Source: Gemmatimonadota bacterium (GTDB lineage Bacteria > Gemmatimonadota > Gemmatimonadetes > Longimicrobiales > RSA9). Taken from it: a DNA stretch of 17,159 nucleotides. Shown piece after piece: positions 7,224-15,948 of this stretch (its first letter is position 1; every line of letters begins with the position of its first letter). The stretch is taken from assembly GCA_040905425.1 (NCBI GenBank), contig JBBDRO010000040.1, positions 1 to 17,159 on the forward strand, given 5' to 3'. The notes below the pieces were generated by a model. It did not search any database and was not told the origin of the DNA. It saw nothing but the letters and a program-made list of their open reading frames with translations. Both the position numbers and the translations under genes were made by a program.

Positions 7224-7535
7224 ATGTACGCGATCATTCGTAGCGGTGACAAGCAGTTCCGGGCCGAGCCCGGCGCCACCATCCGGGTCCCCTCGCTCCA
7301 GGCGGAGCCCGGGGACACCGTGACGTTCGACCAGGTCCTGGTGGCCAGCACGGACGACGGCGTCAACGTGGGTGCGCCCACCGTGGACGGCGCCAGCGTG
7401 ACCGGTGAGGTGGTGCGCCACGGCCGGGACAAGAAGGTCATCATCTTCAAGTGGAAGCGGCGCAAGAACTACCGCCGGAAGAAGGGTCACCGGCAGGGGT
7501 TCACCGAAGTGCGCATCGCCGAGCTCAAGCTGTAG
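7224..7535 (+). CDS. rplU: 50S ribosomal protein bL21
   Basis: 'MYAII.SG.KQF', 'KVIIFKWKRRKNYRRKKGHRQ.FT.VRI'; 103 aa; paired with rpmA. Confidence 0.99.
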   Translation: MYAIIRSGDKQFRAEPGATIRVPSLQAEPGDTVTFDQVLVASTDDGVNVGAPTVDGASVTGEVVRHGRDKKVIIFKWKRRKNYRRKKGHRQGFTEVRIAELKL

Positions 7536-7547
7536 TCGGAGGGCACA

Positions 7548-7805
7548 ATGGCACATAAGAAGGGTGTAGGCTCCAGCCGGAACGGGCGCGACTCCAACCC
7601 GCAGTATCTGGGTGTGAAGCGCTACGGTGGCGAGAGCGTGACGGCGGGCAACATCATCGTGCGCCAGCACGGCACCAAGTTCCACCCCGGCCGCAATGTG
7701 GGTCGCGGCAAGGATGACACGCTCTTTGCCCTGGTGGACGGCGTGGTCACCTTCGAGCGCAAGGACCGCAAGCGGCAGCAGGTCTCGGTTTACCCCGAGG
7801 CGTAG
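7548..7805 (+). CDS. rpmA: 50S ribosomal protein bL27
   Basis: '[55 protein letters not shown]'. GGAGG RBS. No N-terminal extension and no prp gene between rplU and rpmA. Confidence 0.99.
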   Translation: MAHKKGVGSSRNGRDSNPQYLGVKRYGGESVTAGNIIVRQHGTKFHPGRNVGRGKDDTLFALVDGVVTFERKDRKRQQVSVYPEA

Positions 7806-7840
7806 CACGCCGCGCGCTGCAGCGCCGTAAGAATCGATCG

Positions 7841-7874
7841 AGCCTCGGCCGCATAGACGCGGTCGGGGCTTTTT
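7841..7874 (+). terminator. Intrinsic terminator after rpmA
   Basis: 12-bp stem AGCCTCGGCCGC (7841-7852)/GCGGTCGGGGCT (7859-7870) with two G.U pairs, 6-nt loop, T-run at 7870-7874. Confidence 0.85.
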
Positions 7875-7996
7875 CGCGTCCGGAGCCCCTGCCTCCGCGG
7901 CCGCAGGGTCCGTTCGGCGCCCATGGCCCGCTGGCCCCGAGCTTGCACGTGCGCCCCACCAATACACGCGCGAGCCGCCCATCCACCCGGGAGTCC

Positions 7997-8467
7997 ATGA
8001 GCACATCCGACCGTCACCGCGAACGCGGCCGCTTCGTGGGCAAGATCCGCCAGAACGACCTGGAGCCCTACACGGCGCTGCGCTGGCTGGCCACCCTCTT
8101 CAAGGCCGCCGCCATCTTCGTGGCCGTGGCCGTGCTGGGGGAGTTCATCGCGGGCGTGCGCATGTACGGGTGGGGCCGCGTGCCCATGCTGCTGGGGCAG
8201 ATCGCGCAGACGGTGGTGCTCGGCGTGCTGCTGTGGGGCGGCGGGGACCTGGTCAAGCTCATCATCCAGGTGGGCAATGACATCCGCGCCGAGCGCATCC
8301 TGCTGGCGCGGCTGGTCTACCGCACCCCGTCGCTGGCCAGGGAGCCGGGGCGCGAGGCCGACGACGAGGGTGCGCTGAATCACGACTCCCTGCGCGATTC
8401 GGGAGACGCCGCCGAGGATGCGGCCACGGCTGAGTCACTGCGCTCGCCCGGAGAGGACGCGGCGTAG
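7997..8467 (+). CDS. Hypothetical membrane protein, 2 predicted TM helices, acidic C-terminal tail, 156 aa
   Basis: ATG 7997 follows GGGAG (7989-7993). GC3-biased codons. Hydrophobic segments 'LFKAAAIFVAVAVLGEFIAGV' and 'LLGQIAQTVVLGVLLWGGGDLVKLII'. Confidence 0.85.
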   Translation: MSTSDRHRERGRFVGKIRQNDLEPYTALRWLATLFKAAAIFVAVAVLGEFIAGVRMYGWGRVPMLLGQIAQTVVLGVLLWGGGDLVKLIIQVGNDIRAERILLARLVYRTPSLAREPGREADDEGALNHDSLRDSGDAAEDAATAESLRSPGEDAA

Positions 8468-8472
8468 CGGCG

Positions 8473-8763
8473 CTACCGCTCCCCGTCCTGCACGCCGCGC
8501 GCGCCGTGCATGACGCGCCATACCACGTCGCGCACCATCTCCGCGTCCACGCCCCGCTCCCGCGCCAGCTCGGCCGCGCGGCGCACCACCTCCGCCTCCC
8601 GGGCGGGGTCCATGACCGGCAGCCCCAGCTCCCCCTTCACGCGTCCGATCTCGGCCGCCGTGGCAATGCGCCGTGCCAGCACGTCCACCAGTTCGCCGTC
8701 CACGGCGGCAATGGCCGCGCGCAGCTCGTCGAGCCGCGCCTGGAGTGACTCCCGATCGCTCAC
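8473..8763 (-). CDS. AroQ-type (CM_2) chorismate mutase / isochorismate-pyruvate lyase family protein, 96 aa
   Basis: GTG 8763 overlaps the symporter stop (GTGA), with GGAGG at 8770-8774. Motif 'LDELR..I..VD..LV..LARR...A.EIG.VK...GLPV.DPARE..V' and C-terminal 'ARGVQ' keep the Arg/Arg/Lys/Asp-x-x-Arg-Glu/Gln active-site pattern. Confidence 0.88.
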   Translation of the reverse strand: MSDRESLQARLDELRAAIAAVDGELVDVLARRIATAAEIGRVKGELGLPVMDPAREAEVVRRAAELARERGVDAEMVRDVVWRVMHGARGVQDGER

Positions 8764-10271
8764 GCGCCACCTCCCGCGTGGACCGGCCCGGCCGTGCGCT
8801 CGTTCAGCGGTGCGGGATTCACGAACACCTCCGTGTGCGCGTGACTCTGGGGCCGGGTGAGCAGGCTCACCACCACCAGCACGGCCGTGTTCACGATGAT
8901 GCCCAGGATGCCCTCGTGCAGATCCCACGGGCGGAGCCCGGGATAGCGCAGGAAGAAGACGTCCGTCACGATGCCCGCCGCCAGGCCGGACACCACGCCG
9001 GCCGTGGTGGCGCGGCGCCAGTAGAGGGCGGCGTAGATGGGCGGCGCGAACTGGTCCACCACTCCGTAGGCGGTCAGAAGCAGCCAGACGAGCGATTGCC
9101 GCCGCACCACCGCCAGGTAGAAGGCCAGCGCGCCCACGCCCAGTACCAGCAGCTGCATGAGGTGGCGGCGGGCGCGCTCGCTCAGGCGCACGAAGGGCGC
9201 GATGCCGTCCTCGATGGCCACGGAGGCGGCGCCGTGCAGGAGGGCGTCACCCGTGGACATGGAGGCGGCCAGGGCGCCGGCGCAGAAGAGGCCCACCACC
9301 AGCGCCGGCATGCCCGTCTCCAGGATCATGTGCGGCAGGATGAAGTCCGCCTCCGGCGGGGCGGTGGGGAAGAGCACGCCCGCGAAGCCCACCAGCAGCA
9401 GCGGAATGAGGAAGAGCTGGAAGGTGGGGAAGAGCACCACCGTGCGGCGCAGCACCTTCTCGCTGCGCGCGGCAAAGGCCTTCATGAAGAGGTGCGGCCA
9501 CATGGCAAAGCCTATGGCCGAGGCCAGCAGGCTGGAGGCGTAGGCGCCGCGGCTCCACGGCTCGCCGGCGGCGTCCAGGCCGGGCGGCGCCAGCAACTCG
9601 GGACGCGCCGCCTCGAGCTGCGCGAACATCTCCCCCACACCGCCGTAGAGGCTGTAGGGCAGCCAGATGCCGAGCCCCCACGCCACCACCATCATGACCA
9701 GCCCCTCGAAGACGTTGGTCCAGCCCACCGCGGAGGCGCCGCCCACCAGCACGTAGACCACCACCACGCCGTAGGCCAGCGCCGCGCCCGCCCAGAGCGG
9801 CACGTGCCCCTCGGTGACGGCGTTGAAGACAATGCCCGCCCCGCTCATCTGCAGCATGAGGTAGGGCACGAAGGCCGCCACGGAGAGCAGCGCCATGAGC
9901 GCCGAGAGCGTGCGGCTGGGGAAGCGGGCGGTGAGCAGCTGCGCCTGCGTGACGAAGCCGTGGCGCCGCCCGAGCCGCGCCGAGCGGGGCCCGATGAAGT
10001 ACCACGGCGCGATGCCCAGCACGCCGTAGCCCAGGATGTAGAAGACGGCCGCCCCGCGCGAGTAGGCCCACCCCGGCCCGCCCAGGAAGGCGAAGGCGCT
10101 GAAGATGGTGCCGCCCGTCACGAAGTACATGGCCAGCAGGCCGAAGCCGCGGTCGGCGGCCACGTAGCCGGTCACGCTGTGCGTGGCGCGCCGCCCCGCC
10201 ACCAGCCCCACCGTGAGCGCCAGCGCCAGGTAGCCGGAGGCCACCAGCGTGACGATGTGCCAGCGCTCCAT
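8760..10271 (-). CDS. Sodium:solute symporter (SSS/SLC5 family), 503 aa
   Basis: Many TM helices; motifs 'GYVAADRGFG', 'FSAFAFLGGPG.AY..G', 'YL.LQ..GAG', 'GG..AV.WT...G', 'GALAASMST.DA.L', 'LYWRRAT..G'. Confidence 0.93.
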   Translation of the reverse strand: MERWHIVTLVASGYLALALTVGLVAGRRATHSVTGYVAADRGFGLLAMYFVTGGTIFSAFAFLGGPGWAYSRGAAVFYILGYGVLGIAPWYFIGPRSARLGRRHGFVTQAQLLTARFPSRTLSALMALLSVAAFVPYLMLQMSGAGIVFNAVTEGHVPLWAGAALAYGVVVVYVLVGGASAVGWTNVFEGLVMMVVAWGLGIWLPYSLYGGVGEMFAQLEAARPELLAPPGLDAAGEPWSRGAYASSLLASAIGFAMWPHLFMKAFAARSEKVLRRTVVLFPTFQLFLIPLLLVGFAGVLFPTAPPEADFILPHMILETGMPALVVGLFCAGALAASMSTGDALLHGAASVAIEDGIAPFVRLSERARRHLMQLLVLGVGALAFYLAVVRRQSLVWLLLTAYGVVDQFAPPIYAALYWRRATTAGVVSGLAAGIVTDVFFLRYPGLRPWDLHEGILGIIVNTAVLVVVSLLTRPQSHAHTEVFVNPAPLNERTAGPVHAGGGA

Positions 10272-10483
10272 CAGCCCTCTCCGTCGCGGCCGAGGACGCG
10301 GTCCGCCGCGATGAGCACCGGGAAGGCCAGCGCCACCCAGAGGGCGTACCAGAAGAGCGCGAAGGGGAAGCCCAGCACGAACGGCCGGATGCGGTCCGCG
10401 CCCACCACCCAGGGGAGCACGAGCGCCACGGTGTAGAGCGCGAAGAAGCCCGCCAGCAGGAGGCGGGCGCCGCGCGGGCTCAC
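10271..10483 (-). CDS. DUF3311-like small membrane partner of the SSS transporter, 70 aa
   Basis: Two hydrophobic segments and 'P.V....I.PFVLGFPF.LFW...W'. TGATG overlap with the symporter start and GTGA overlap with the upstream ORF. Confidence 0.85.
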   Translation of the reverse strand: MSPRGARLLLAGFFALYTVALVLPWVVGADRIRPFVLGFPFALFWYALWVALAFPVLIAADRVLGRDGEG

Positions 10484-10734
10484 TTGCCGGCCTCCAGGGA
10501 GCGGAGCGCCCCGGCCGCCGCGTCCAGCGCCGTGCCCAGCTCGGCCAGGAGCTCGCGCGTGGCCGACGGCGTGAGCCCCTCGCCGCCCAGGCGGGATTTC
10601 AGCATGCGGATCTTGCGCGCCGCGTGCTCCATGCGGTTGGCGCCGTCGGCCAGGGGGTCGTCGGAGACCTCCTCGCCGAACGGGTCCAGGCGGCCGCCGT
10701 CGGTGGGGTCGTCAACGAAGGGATTCTGGGCCAC
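10480..10734 (-). CDS. Hypothetical protein, 84 aa (acidic N-terminal tail plus predicted helical hairpin)
   Basis: Strong SD AAGGAGG (10739-10745, - strand) before the GTG. Its stop overlaps the next start. It fills the gap in the operon. Confidence 0.75.
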   Translation of the reverse strand: MAQNPFVDDPTDGGRLDPFGEEVSDDPLADGANRMEHAARKIRMLKSRLGGEGLTPSATRELLAELGTALDAAAGALRSLEAGK

Positions 10735-10773
10735 GCAGCCTCCTTGGAAGAGGAAGGTGAAGGGCGTCGTCGC

Positions 10774-11553
10774 TTACCTGCCGTGGAACGCGGGCGGCCG
10801 CTTCTCCAGGAAGGCGCGCACGCCCTCGGTGCGGTCCTCGCTGGCGAAGGCGGTCACGAACAGTTCGCGCTCGTGGGCCAGCCCCTGCGCCAGCGGCATC
10901 TCGGCGGCGGCCCGCACGGCGTCCTTGATGAGGCGGAGCGCCACGGGCGAGTGGGCGGCCATGGCGCTTGCCAGCTCGGTCACGCGGGTCATGAGGTCGG
11001 CGTCGGGGACCACCATGTCCACCAGGCCGATGCGCTCGGCCTCGGCGGCGTCGATCAGCTCACCGGTGAGCAGCATGCGGAGCGCGCGGCCGGTGCCCAC
11101 CAGGCGGGGCAGCCGTTGCGTGCCGCCGCCCCCCGGTAGGATGCCCAGCTTGACCTCGGGCTGGCCCAGGCGCGCGGAGGCCGCGGCCACGCGCACGTCA
11201 CACGCCATGGCCAGCTCGCAGCCGCCGCCCAGCGCGTAGCCGTTGATGGCGGCCAGCGTGGGCTTGGGGAAGGCGGCCAGCTCGTCGAAGACGCGGCGGC
11301 CGCTCATGGCGGCGCGCTGCTGCAGCGGCGTGCGCGCGTCGAACTCGCCGATGTCTGCGCCGGCCACGAAGGCCTTGGTGCCGGCGCCGGTGAGCACCAC
11401 CACGCGGACGTCATCGTCATCGCGGAGCTCGTCCAGCGCCTCGATGAGCTCCTGGCGCACGGTGGCGTTCAGGGCGTTCCGCTTCTCGGGGCGGTTGATG
11501 GTGAGCGTGGCCACGCGCTCCGCCCGGGTCAGTTCGATGGTCTCGTACGGCAC
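10774..11553 (-). CDS. Enoyl-CoA hydratase (crotonase; PaaF/Crt-like), 259 aa
   Basis: GTG 11553 lies 1 nt after the upstream stop, with GGAG RBS. Motifs 'INRPEKRNALN', 'AFVAGADI', 'AINGYALGGGCELAMACD', 'GQPEVKLGILPGGGGTQRLPR'. Both catalytic Glu residues are present. Confidence 0.93.
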   Translation of the reverse strand: MPYETIELTRAERVATLTINRPEKRNALNATVRQELIEALDELRDDDDVRVVVLTGAGTKAFVAGADIGEFDARTPLQQRAAMSGRRVFDELAAFPKPTLAAINGYALGGGCELAMACDVRVAAASARLGQPEVKLGILPGGGGTQRLPRLVGTGRALRMLLTGELIDAAEAERIGLVDMVVPDADLMTRVTELASAMAAHSPVALRLIKDAVRAAAEMPLAQGLAHERELFVTAFASEDRTEGVRAFLEKRPPAFHGR

Positions 11554-11554
11554 G

Positions 11555-12421
11555 CTACTCCTGGTCCCAGTCGTAGAATCCCCGCCCGCTCTTCCGGCCC
11601 AGGCTGCCCTCGGCCACCTTGCGCTCCAGCAGGGCGGGCGGGCGGAAGCGCTCCCCGCCCAGCGTCTCGTGCAGGTGGCGGGCAATGTCCAGGCGCACGT
11701 CCAGCCCCACCAGGTCGGTGAGGCGGAGCGGGCCCATGGGATGGCGGTAGCCCAGCTCCAGGGCGCGGTCGATGTCCGCGGCGCTGGCCACGCCCTCCTC
11801 CAGCATGCGGATGGCCTCCAGCCCCAGCAGCACGCCCAGGCGCGAGGAGGCAAAGCCCGGACTGTCCCGCACCCGGATCGGCTCCTTGCCGAAGGCGCGG
11901 GCATGCTCCAGCGCCCGCTCCACCGCCGCGGCCGACGAGCGCGGCCCCGCCACCACCTCCACCAGCTTGTTGATGTGGACGGGGTTGAAGAAGTGCATCC
12001 CCACCACGCGCTCCGGCCGCTCCAGGGCGTCCTGCAGCGCGCCGATGGAGAGGCTGGAGGTGTTACTGGCCAGCAGGGCGTCGGGCGGCGCGGCTGCCTC
12101 GGCGGCGCGCAGCACCTCCACCTTGAGCGCCAGGCGCTCGGGCACGGCCTCCACCACCAACGCCGCGCCCGTGGCCGCCTCCGCCAGGTCGGCGGACGTC
12201 CGCAGCCGCGCGAGCGCCCCGTCCCGCTCCGCCGCCGTCACCTTGCCGCGCGTCACGCCGCCGTCCAGGTTGGCGCGGATCGTCGCCAGCGCCGCCACCG
12301 CCAGCTCCAGGCGCACGTCCACCAGCGTCACGCTGCTGCCCGCCTGCGCGGCCACCTGGGCAATACCGTGGCCCATGGTGCCCGCGCCCACCACCACCAC
12401 GCGCTCCGGGGCAGGGCTCAT
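11555..12421 (-). CDS. 3-hydroxyacyl-CoA dehydrogenase (Hbd/PaaH family), 288 aa
   Basis: Rossmann motif 'VVGAGTMGHGIAQ', 'VVEAVPE...K', 'LASNTSS', catalytic 'GMHFFNP...LVE', 'HPMGPL.L.D.VGLD', 'LGRKSGRGFY'. Confidence 0.95.
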   Translation of the reverse strand: MSPAPERVVVVGAGTMGHGIAQVAAQAGSSVTLVDVRLELAVAALATIRANLDGGVTRGKVTAAERDGALARLRTSADLAEAATGAALVVEAVPERLALKVEVLRAAEAAAPPDALLASNTSSLSIGALQDALERPERVVGMHFFNPVHINKLVEVVAGPRSSAAAVERALEHARAFGKEPIRVRDSPGFASSRLGVLLGLEAIRMLEEGVASAADIDRALELGYRHPMGPLRLTDLVGLDVRLDIARHLHETLGGERFRPPALLERKVAEGSLGRKSGRGFYDWDQE

Positions 12422-12461
12422 GACGGGCCGCTCACCATGCGCCGCTGCCGCAGACAGCCGC

Positions 12462-13274
12462 TCACGAGCCGCTGAAGCGCGGCGTGCGCTTCTCCAGGAA
12501 GGCGCGGATCCCCTCCCGGCCGTCGCTCGAGTCGAAGGCGGCCAGCTGCGCCGCCAGCTCCATGTCCAGCACCTCGGCGAGCGACGTGCTCATGCCGTCG
12601 CGCAGGGTGCGTTTCACGGCGCGCACCACCTCCGGCGGGCCCGCCGCGATCTGCCCCGCCAGCGCGCGCGCCGCGTTCTCCAGTTCTTCGGCCGGCACCA
12701 CCTGGTTGAAGAGGCCCAGCCGCTCCCCGCGCTCGGCGCTGATCATGCCGCCGGTGAACAGCAGCTCGGCCGCCAGGGCGGGGCCGACGAGGCGCGGCAG
12801 GAAGTAGCTTCCGCCCCAGTCGGGGTGGAGCCCCACACGCAGGAAGGTGAAGCCGATGGAGGCGTTCTCGCTGGCCACGCGCAGGTCACTGGCCAGCGCC
12901 AGGCACGCGCCCGCGCCGGCCGCCGGACCGTTCACGGCGGCGATGACGGGCGTGCTCATGGCGTCCATCAGCGCCACGATGCGCATGCCGGCGCGCACCA
13001 GCTCCTCGAAGCGCTCGACGTCCTTGGCTTTGAGCAGATCGCTCATCACCGAGACGTCCCCGCCCGTGGAGAAGGCGCGCCCCTCCCCGGTGAGGATGAC
13101 GCAACGCACCTCCGGGTCCTCCTCGTGCGCGTTCAGGCCCGCCTCCAGCCGCTCGCGCATGTCATCGGCAAAGGCGTTCAGCCGCTCGGGGCGGTTGATG
13201 CGGATCCAGCCGATGGCCCCGTCCCGCTCCACCACGATCGTGTCCCGCTGGGCCGCCCTCTTACGCGCATTCAT
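12462..13274 (-). CDS. PaaG-like enoyl-CoA isomerase (crotonase fold), 270 aa
   Basis: ATG 13274 forms an ATGA overlap with the thiolase stop. '[18 protein letters not shown]' lacks the hydratase Glu, and '[20 protein letters not shown]' has the PaaG-type Asp. Confidence 0.85.
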   Translation of the reverse strand: MNARKRAAQRDTIVVERDGAIGWIRINRPERLNAFADDMRERLEAGLNAHEEDPEVRCVILTGEGRAFSTGGDVSVMSDLLKAKDVERFEELVRAGMRIVALMDAMSTPVIAAVNGPAAGAGACLALASDLRVASENASIGFTFLRVGLHPDWGGSYFLPRLVGPALAAELLFTGGMISAERGERLGLFNQVVPAEELENAARALAGQIAAGPPEVVRAVKRTLRDGMSTSLAEVLDMELAAQLAAFDSSDGREGIRAFLEKRTPRFSGS

Positions 13275-14467
13275 GCCTGCACCTCCACCACCGTGGCGAT
13301 CCCCTGGCCCACGCCGATGCACATGGTGGCCAGGCCGTAGCCGCCGCCGCGCCGTTTGAGCTCGTGCACCAGGGTGGTCAGGATGCGCGCGCCCGAGCAG
13401 CCCAGCGGATGGCCCAGCGCAATGGCGCCGCCGTTCGGGTTCACCCGCGCGGGGTCCAGCTCCAGCTCCTGGATGCACGGGATGGACTGGGCGGCGAACG
13501 CCTCGTTCAGCTCCACCACCGCCAGGTCGGCGGCGCGGATGCCCGCCCGCTCGAGCGCCTTGCGTGTGGCGGGCACCGGTCCGAGCCCCATGCAGTCGGG
13601 CTCCACGCCGGCCACGGCGGTGGCCACGATGCGCGCCAGCGGCTCCACGCCCAGCGTCCGGGCACGCTCCCCGGAGGCCACCGTGAGCACGGCGGCGCCA
13701 TCATTCAAGCCGGAGGAATTGCCCGCCGTCACGCTGCCTCCCTCGCGGAACACCGGAGTAAGCGACGCCAGCTTCTCCAGCGTCGTATCGGGCCGCGGGT
13801 GCTCGTCCCGCTCCACCTTCGTGGTGCCGCGCCGTCCGGCCACCTCCACCGGCGCTATTTCGGCGTCGAAGCGCCCGGCATCCATGGCGGCGCTGGCGCG
13901 CCGCTGGGATTCCAGCGCGAAGGCGTCCTGCGCTTCACGGTCCACCCCGCGCCGCTCCGCCACCACCTCCGCCGTCTCCCCCAGGCCGATGGTCCAGCGC
14001 GCCGGCATGCGCGGGTTCACGAAGCGCCAGCCGAGCACGCTGTCGGCCACCTCAGGCGTGCCGCGGGGAAAGCCGGTTGCGGGCTTCAGCGTGACCCAGG
14101 GTGCACGGCTCATGGACTCCACGCCGCCCGCCAGGAAGAGCTCACCCTCGCCGGCAACGATGGCGTGGAAGGCGTCGTTCACGGCCTGGAGACCGGAGCC
14201 GCACAGGCGGTTCACCGTACGGCCGGGCACCTCGATGGGCAGCTCCGCCAGCAGCGCGGCCATGCGCGCCACGTTGCGGTTGTCCTCGCCCGCCTGATTG
14301 GTGCACCCCAGGATGACGTCCTCCACGGTGGCGGGATCGATGCCGGTGCGCGTCACGGCGGCGCGCAGGACGTGCGCGGCCAGGTCGTCCGGGCGCACGG
14401 CGGCCAGCGCCCCGCCGTGGCGGCCCACGGGGGTGCGCACCGCGTCCAGGATCCAGGCCGTGCGCAC
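13271..14467 (-). CDS. pcaF: Thiolase of the 3-oxoadipyl-CoA thiolase (PcaF/PaaJ) subfamily, 398 aa
   Basis: GTG 14467 lies 2 nt after the ALDH stop. Subfamily-type motifs 'VRPDDLAA', '[15 protein letters not shown]', 'TVNRLCGSG', 'GWRFVNP'. Catalytic 'NEAF', 'GHPLG', 'MCIGVGQG'. Confidence 0.9.
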   Translation of the reverse strand: MRTAWILDAVRTPVGRHGGALAAVRPDDLAAHVLRAAVTRTGIDPATVEDVILGCTNQAGEDNRNVARMAALLAELPIEVPGRTVNRLCGSGLQAVNDAFHAIVAGEGELFLAGGVESMSRAPWVTLKPATGFPRGTPEVADSVLGWRFVNPRMPARWTIGLGETAEVVAERRGVDREAQDAFALESQRRASAAMDAGRFDAEIAPVEVAGRRGTTKVERDEHPRPDTTLEKLASLTPVFREGGSVTAGNSSGLNDGAAVLTVASGERARTLGVEPLARIVATAVAGVEPDCMGLGPVPATRKALERAGIRAADLAVVELNEAFAAQSIPCIQELELDPARVNPNGGAIALGHPLGCSGARILTTLVHELKRRGGGYGLATMCIGVGQGIATVVEVQA

Positions 14468-14469
14468 GC

Positions 14470-15945
14470 TCAGCCCAGCTCCACCCACACGCTCTTGAGC
14501 TGCGTGTAGAGGTCCAGAGCGCTGGCGCCCAGCTCGCGCCCGAAGCCCGACTGCTTGTAGCCGCCGAAGGGGGAGGCCGCGTCCAGCGGGTGGTAGGTGT
14601 TCACCCACACGGTGCCGGCCTGCAGGCGGGCGGCCATGCGGTGCGCGCGCTTCACGTCGGCGGTCCAGACGCCGGCCGCCAGCCCGTACTCGCTGCCGTT
14701 GGCCAGCGCCAGCGCCTCCTCCTCCTCCTCGAAGCTCATGACCGAGAGCACGGGCCCGAAGATCTCCTCGCGGGCAATGCAGTGCTCAGCGGTGACGCCG
14801 TCGAACACCGTGGGCTCGAGCCAGTAGCCGCGCTCCTCACCGTCGTAGAGGGCGCGCTTGCCGCCCGTGACCAGGCGCGCGCCCTCCGCCTTGCCCTGCT
14901 CCACGTAGCCCAGCACGCGGTCCAGCTGTTCCTGCGAGACGAGCGGGCCCGTACGCGTCTTCGGGTCCAGCGGGTCCCCGGGCTGGAGCTTGCCGGCGCG
15001 GCCGGTGAGCTGCTCCAGCAGCTCCTCCCGCACGGAGGCGTGCACCAGCAGGCGGGAGCCCGCCGTGCAGCACTGCCCGTTGTTGTAGAAGATGCCCGCG
15101 AAGGCGCCCCGGGCCGCGGCGCCCAGGTCCGCGTCCGGGAAGATGATGTTGGGGGACTTGCCGCCCAGCTCCAGCGACACGCGCTTCAGCGTGGGCGCCG
15201 CCTCCCGCATGATGATGCGCCCCACCTCGGTGGAGCCCGTGAAGGCAATCTTGTCCACGCCGGGGTGGCGCACCAGCGCCGCGCCGGCCGTTTCCCCCAT
15301 GCCGGGGACCACGTTGAGGAGGCCGCCCGGCAGGCCGGCCTCGGCACAGATGGCCGCCAGCTCCAGGGCGCTGAGCGGCGTCTGCTCGGCGGGCTTCAGC
15401 ACCACCGCGTTCCCGCACGCCAGCGCGGGCGCCACCTTCCAGGCGGCCATGAGCAGGGGGAAGTTCCACGGGATGATGGCGCCCACCACACCCACCGGCT
15501 CGCGCAGCGTGTAGTTCAGCACGCTGCCACGCACGGGGATGGTCGACCCCTCCAGCTTGGTGGTCCAGCCCGCGTAGTAGCGGAAGGCGTCCACCACCAT
15601 GCGGATGTCGATGGCCGCCTCGCGCACCGGCTTGCCGTTGTCCTCGGCCTCCAGCTTGGCCAGTTCCTCGGCGCGTGCCTCGATGGCGTCCCCGATGCGC
15701 CACAGCAGCGCGCCCCGATCGGCGGCGTCCATGGTGCGCCAGGCGTCCGCCTCGAAGGCGGCGCGCGCGGCGGAGACGGCGGCGTCGACGTCGCTTGACG
15801 TCCCCTCTGCCACCTCCGTCAGGGTGGCACCGGTGGCCGGCGCGAGGGTGGGGAAGCGGCCGCCCTCCGCCGCGGCGCGCCACGCCCCGTCGATGAACAG
15901 CTCGTCACGGCCGATCCGCTGCGCGCGGATGCTGGTGCTGGCCAT
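14470..15945 (-). CDS. NAD(P)-dependent aldehyde dehydrogenase (family 1/2- or BADH-like), 491 aa
   Basis: 'IIPWNFP', 'LKPAEQTP', 'FTGSTEVG', 'LELGGKSP', '[13 protein letters not shown]', 'EEIFGPV', '[13 protein letters not shown]'. Confidence 0.96.
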   Translation of the reverse strand: MASTSIRAQRIGRDELFIDGAWRAAAEGGRFPTLAPATGATLTEVAEGTSSDVDAAVSAARAAFEADAWRTMDAADRGALLWRIGDAIEARAEELAKLEAEDNGKPVREAAIDIRMVVDAFRYYAGWTTKLEGSTIPVRGSVLNYTLREPVGVVGAIIPWNFPLLMAAWKVAPALACGNAVVLKPAEQTPLSALELAAICAEAGLPGGLLNVVPGMGETAGAALVRHPGVDKIAFTGSTEVGRIIMREAAPTLKRVSLELGGKSPNIIFPDADLGAAARGAFAGIFYNNGQCCTAGSRLLVHASVREELLEQLTGRAGKLQPGDPLDPKTRTGPLVSQEQLDRVLGYVEQGKAEGARLVTGGKRALYDGEERGYWLEPTVFDGVTAEHCIAREEIFGPVLSVMSFEEEEEALALANGSEYGLAAGVWTADVKRAHRMAARLQAGTVWVNTYHPLDAASPFGGYKQSGFGRELGASALDLYTQLKSVWVELG

Positions 15946-15948
15946 GCC

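Noticed and set aside
11554..14608. Extended starts in the ORF track for the hydratase (11904), isomerase (13478) and thiolase (14608)
   Set aside because: The extensions overlap upstream genes out of frame. Coupled starts at 11553, 13274 and 14467 give family-typical lengths.
8673..15798. Long + strand ORFs (587, 410, 522, 381 and 402 aa) antisense to the catabolic operon
   Set aside because: Arg/Ala/Gly/His-rich stop-poor shadow frames with no motifs, fully overlapping well-supported genes.
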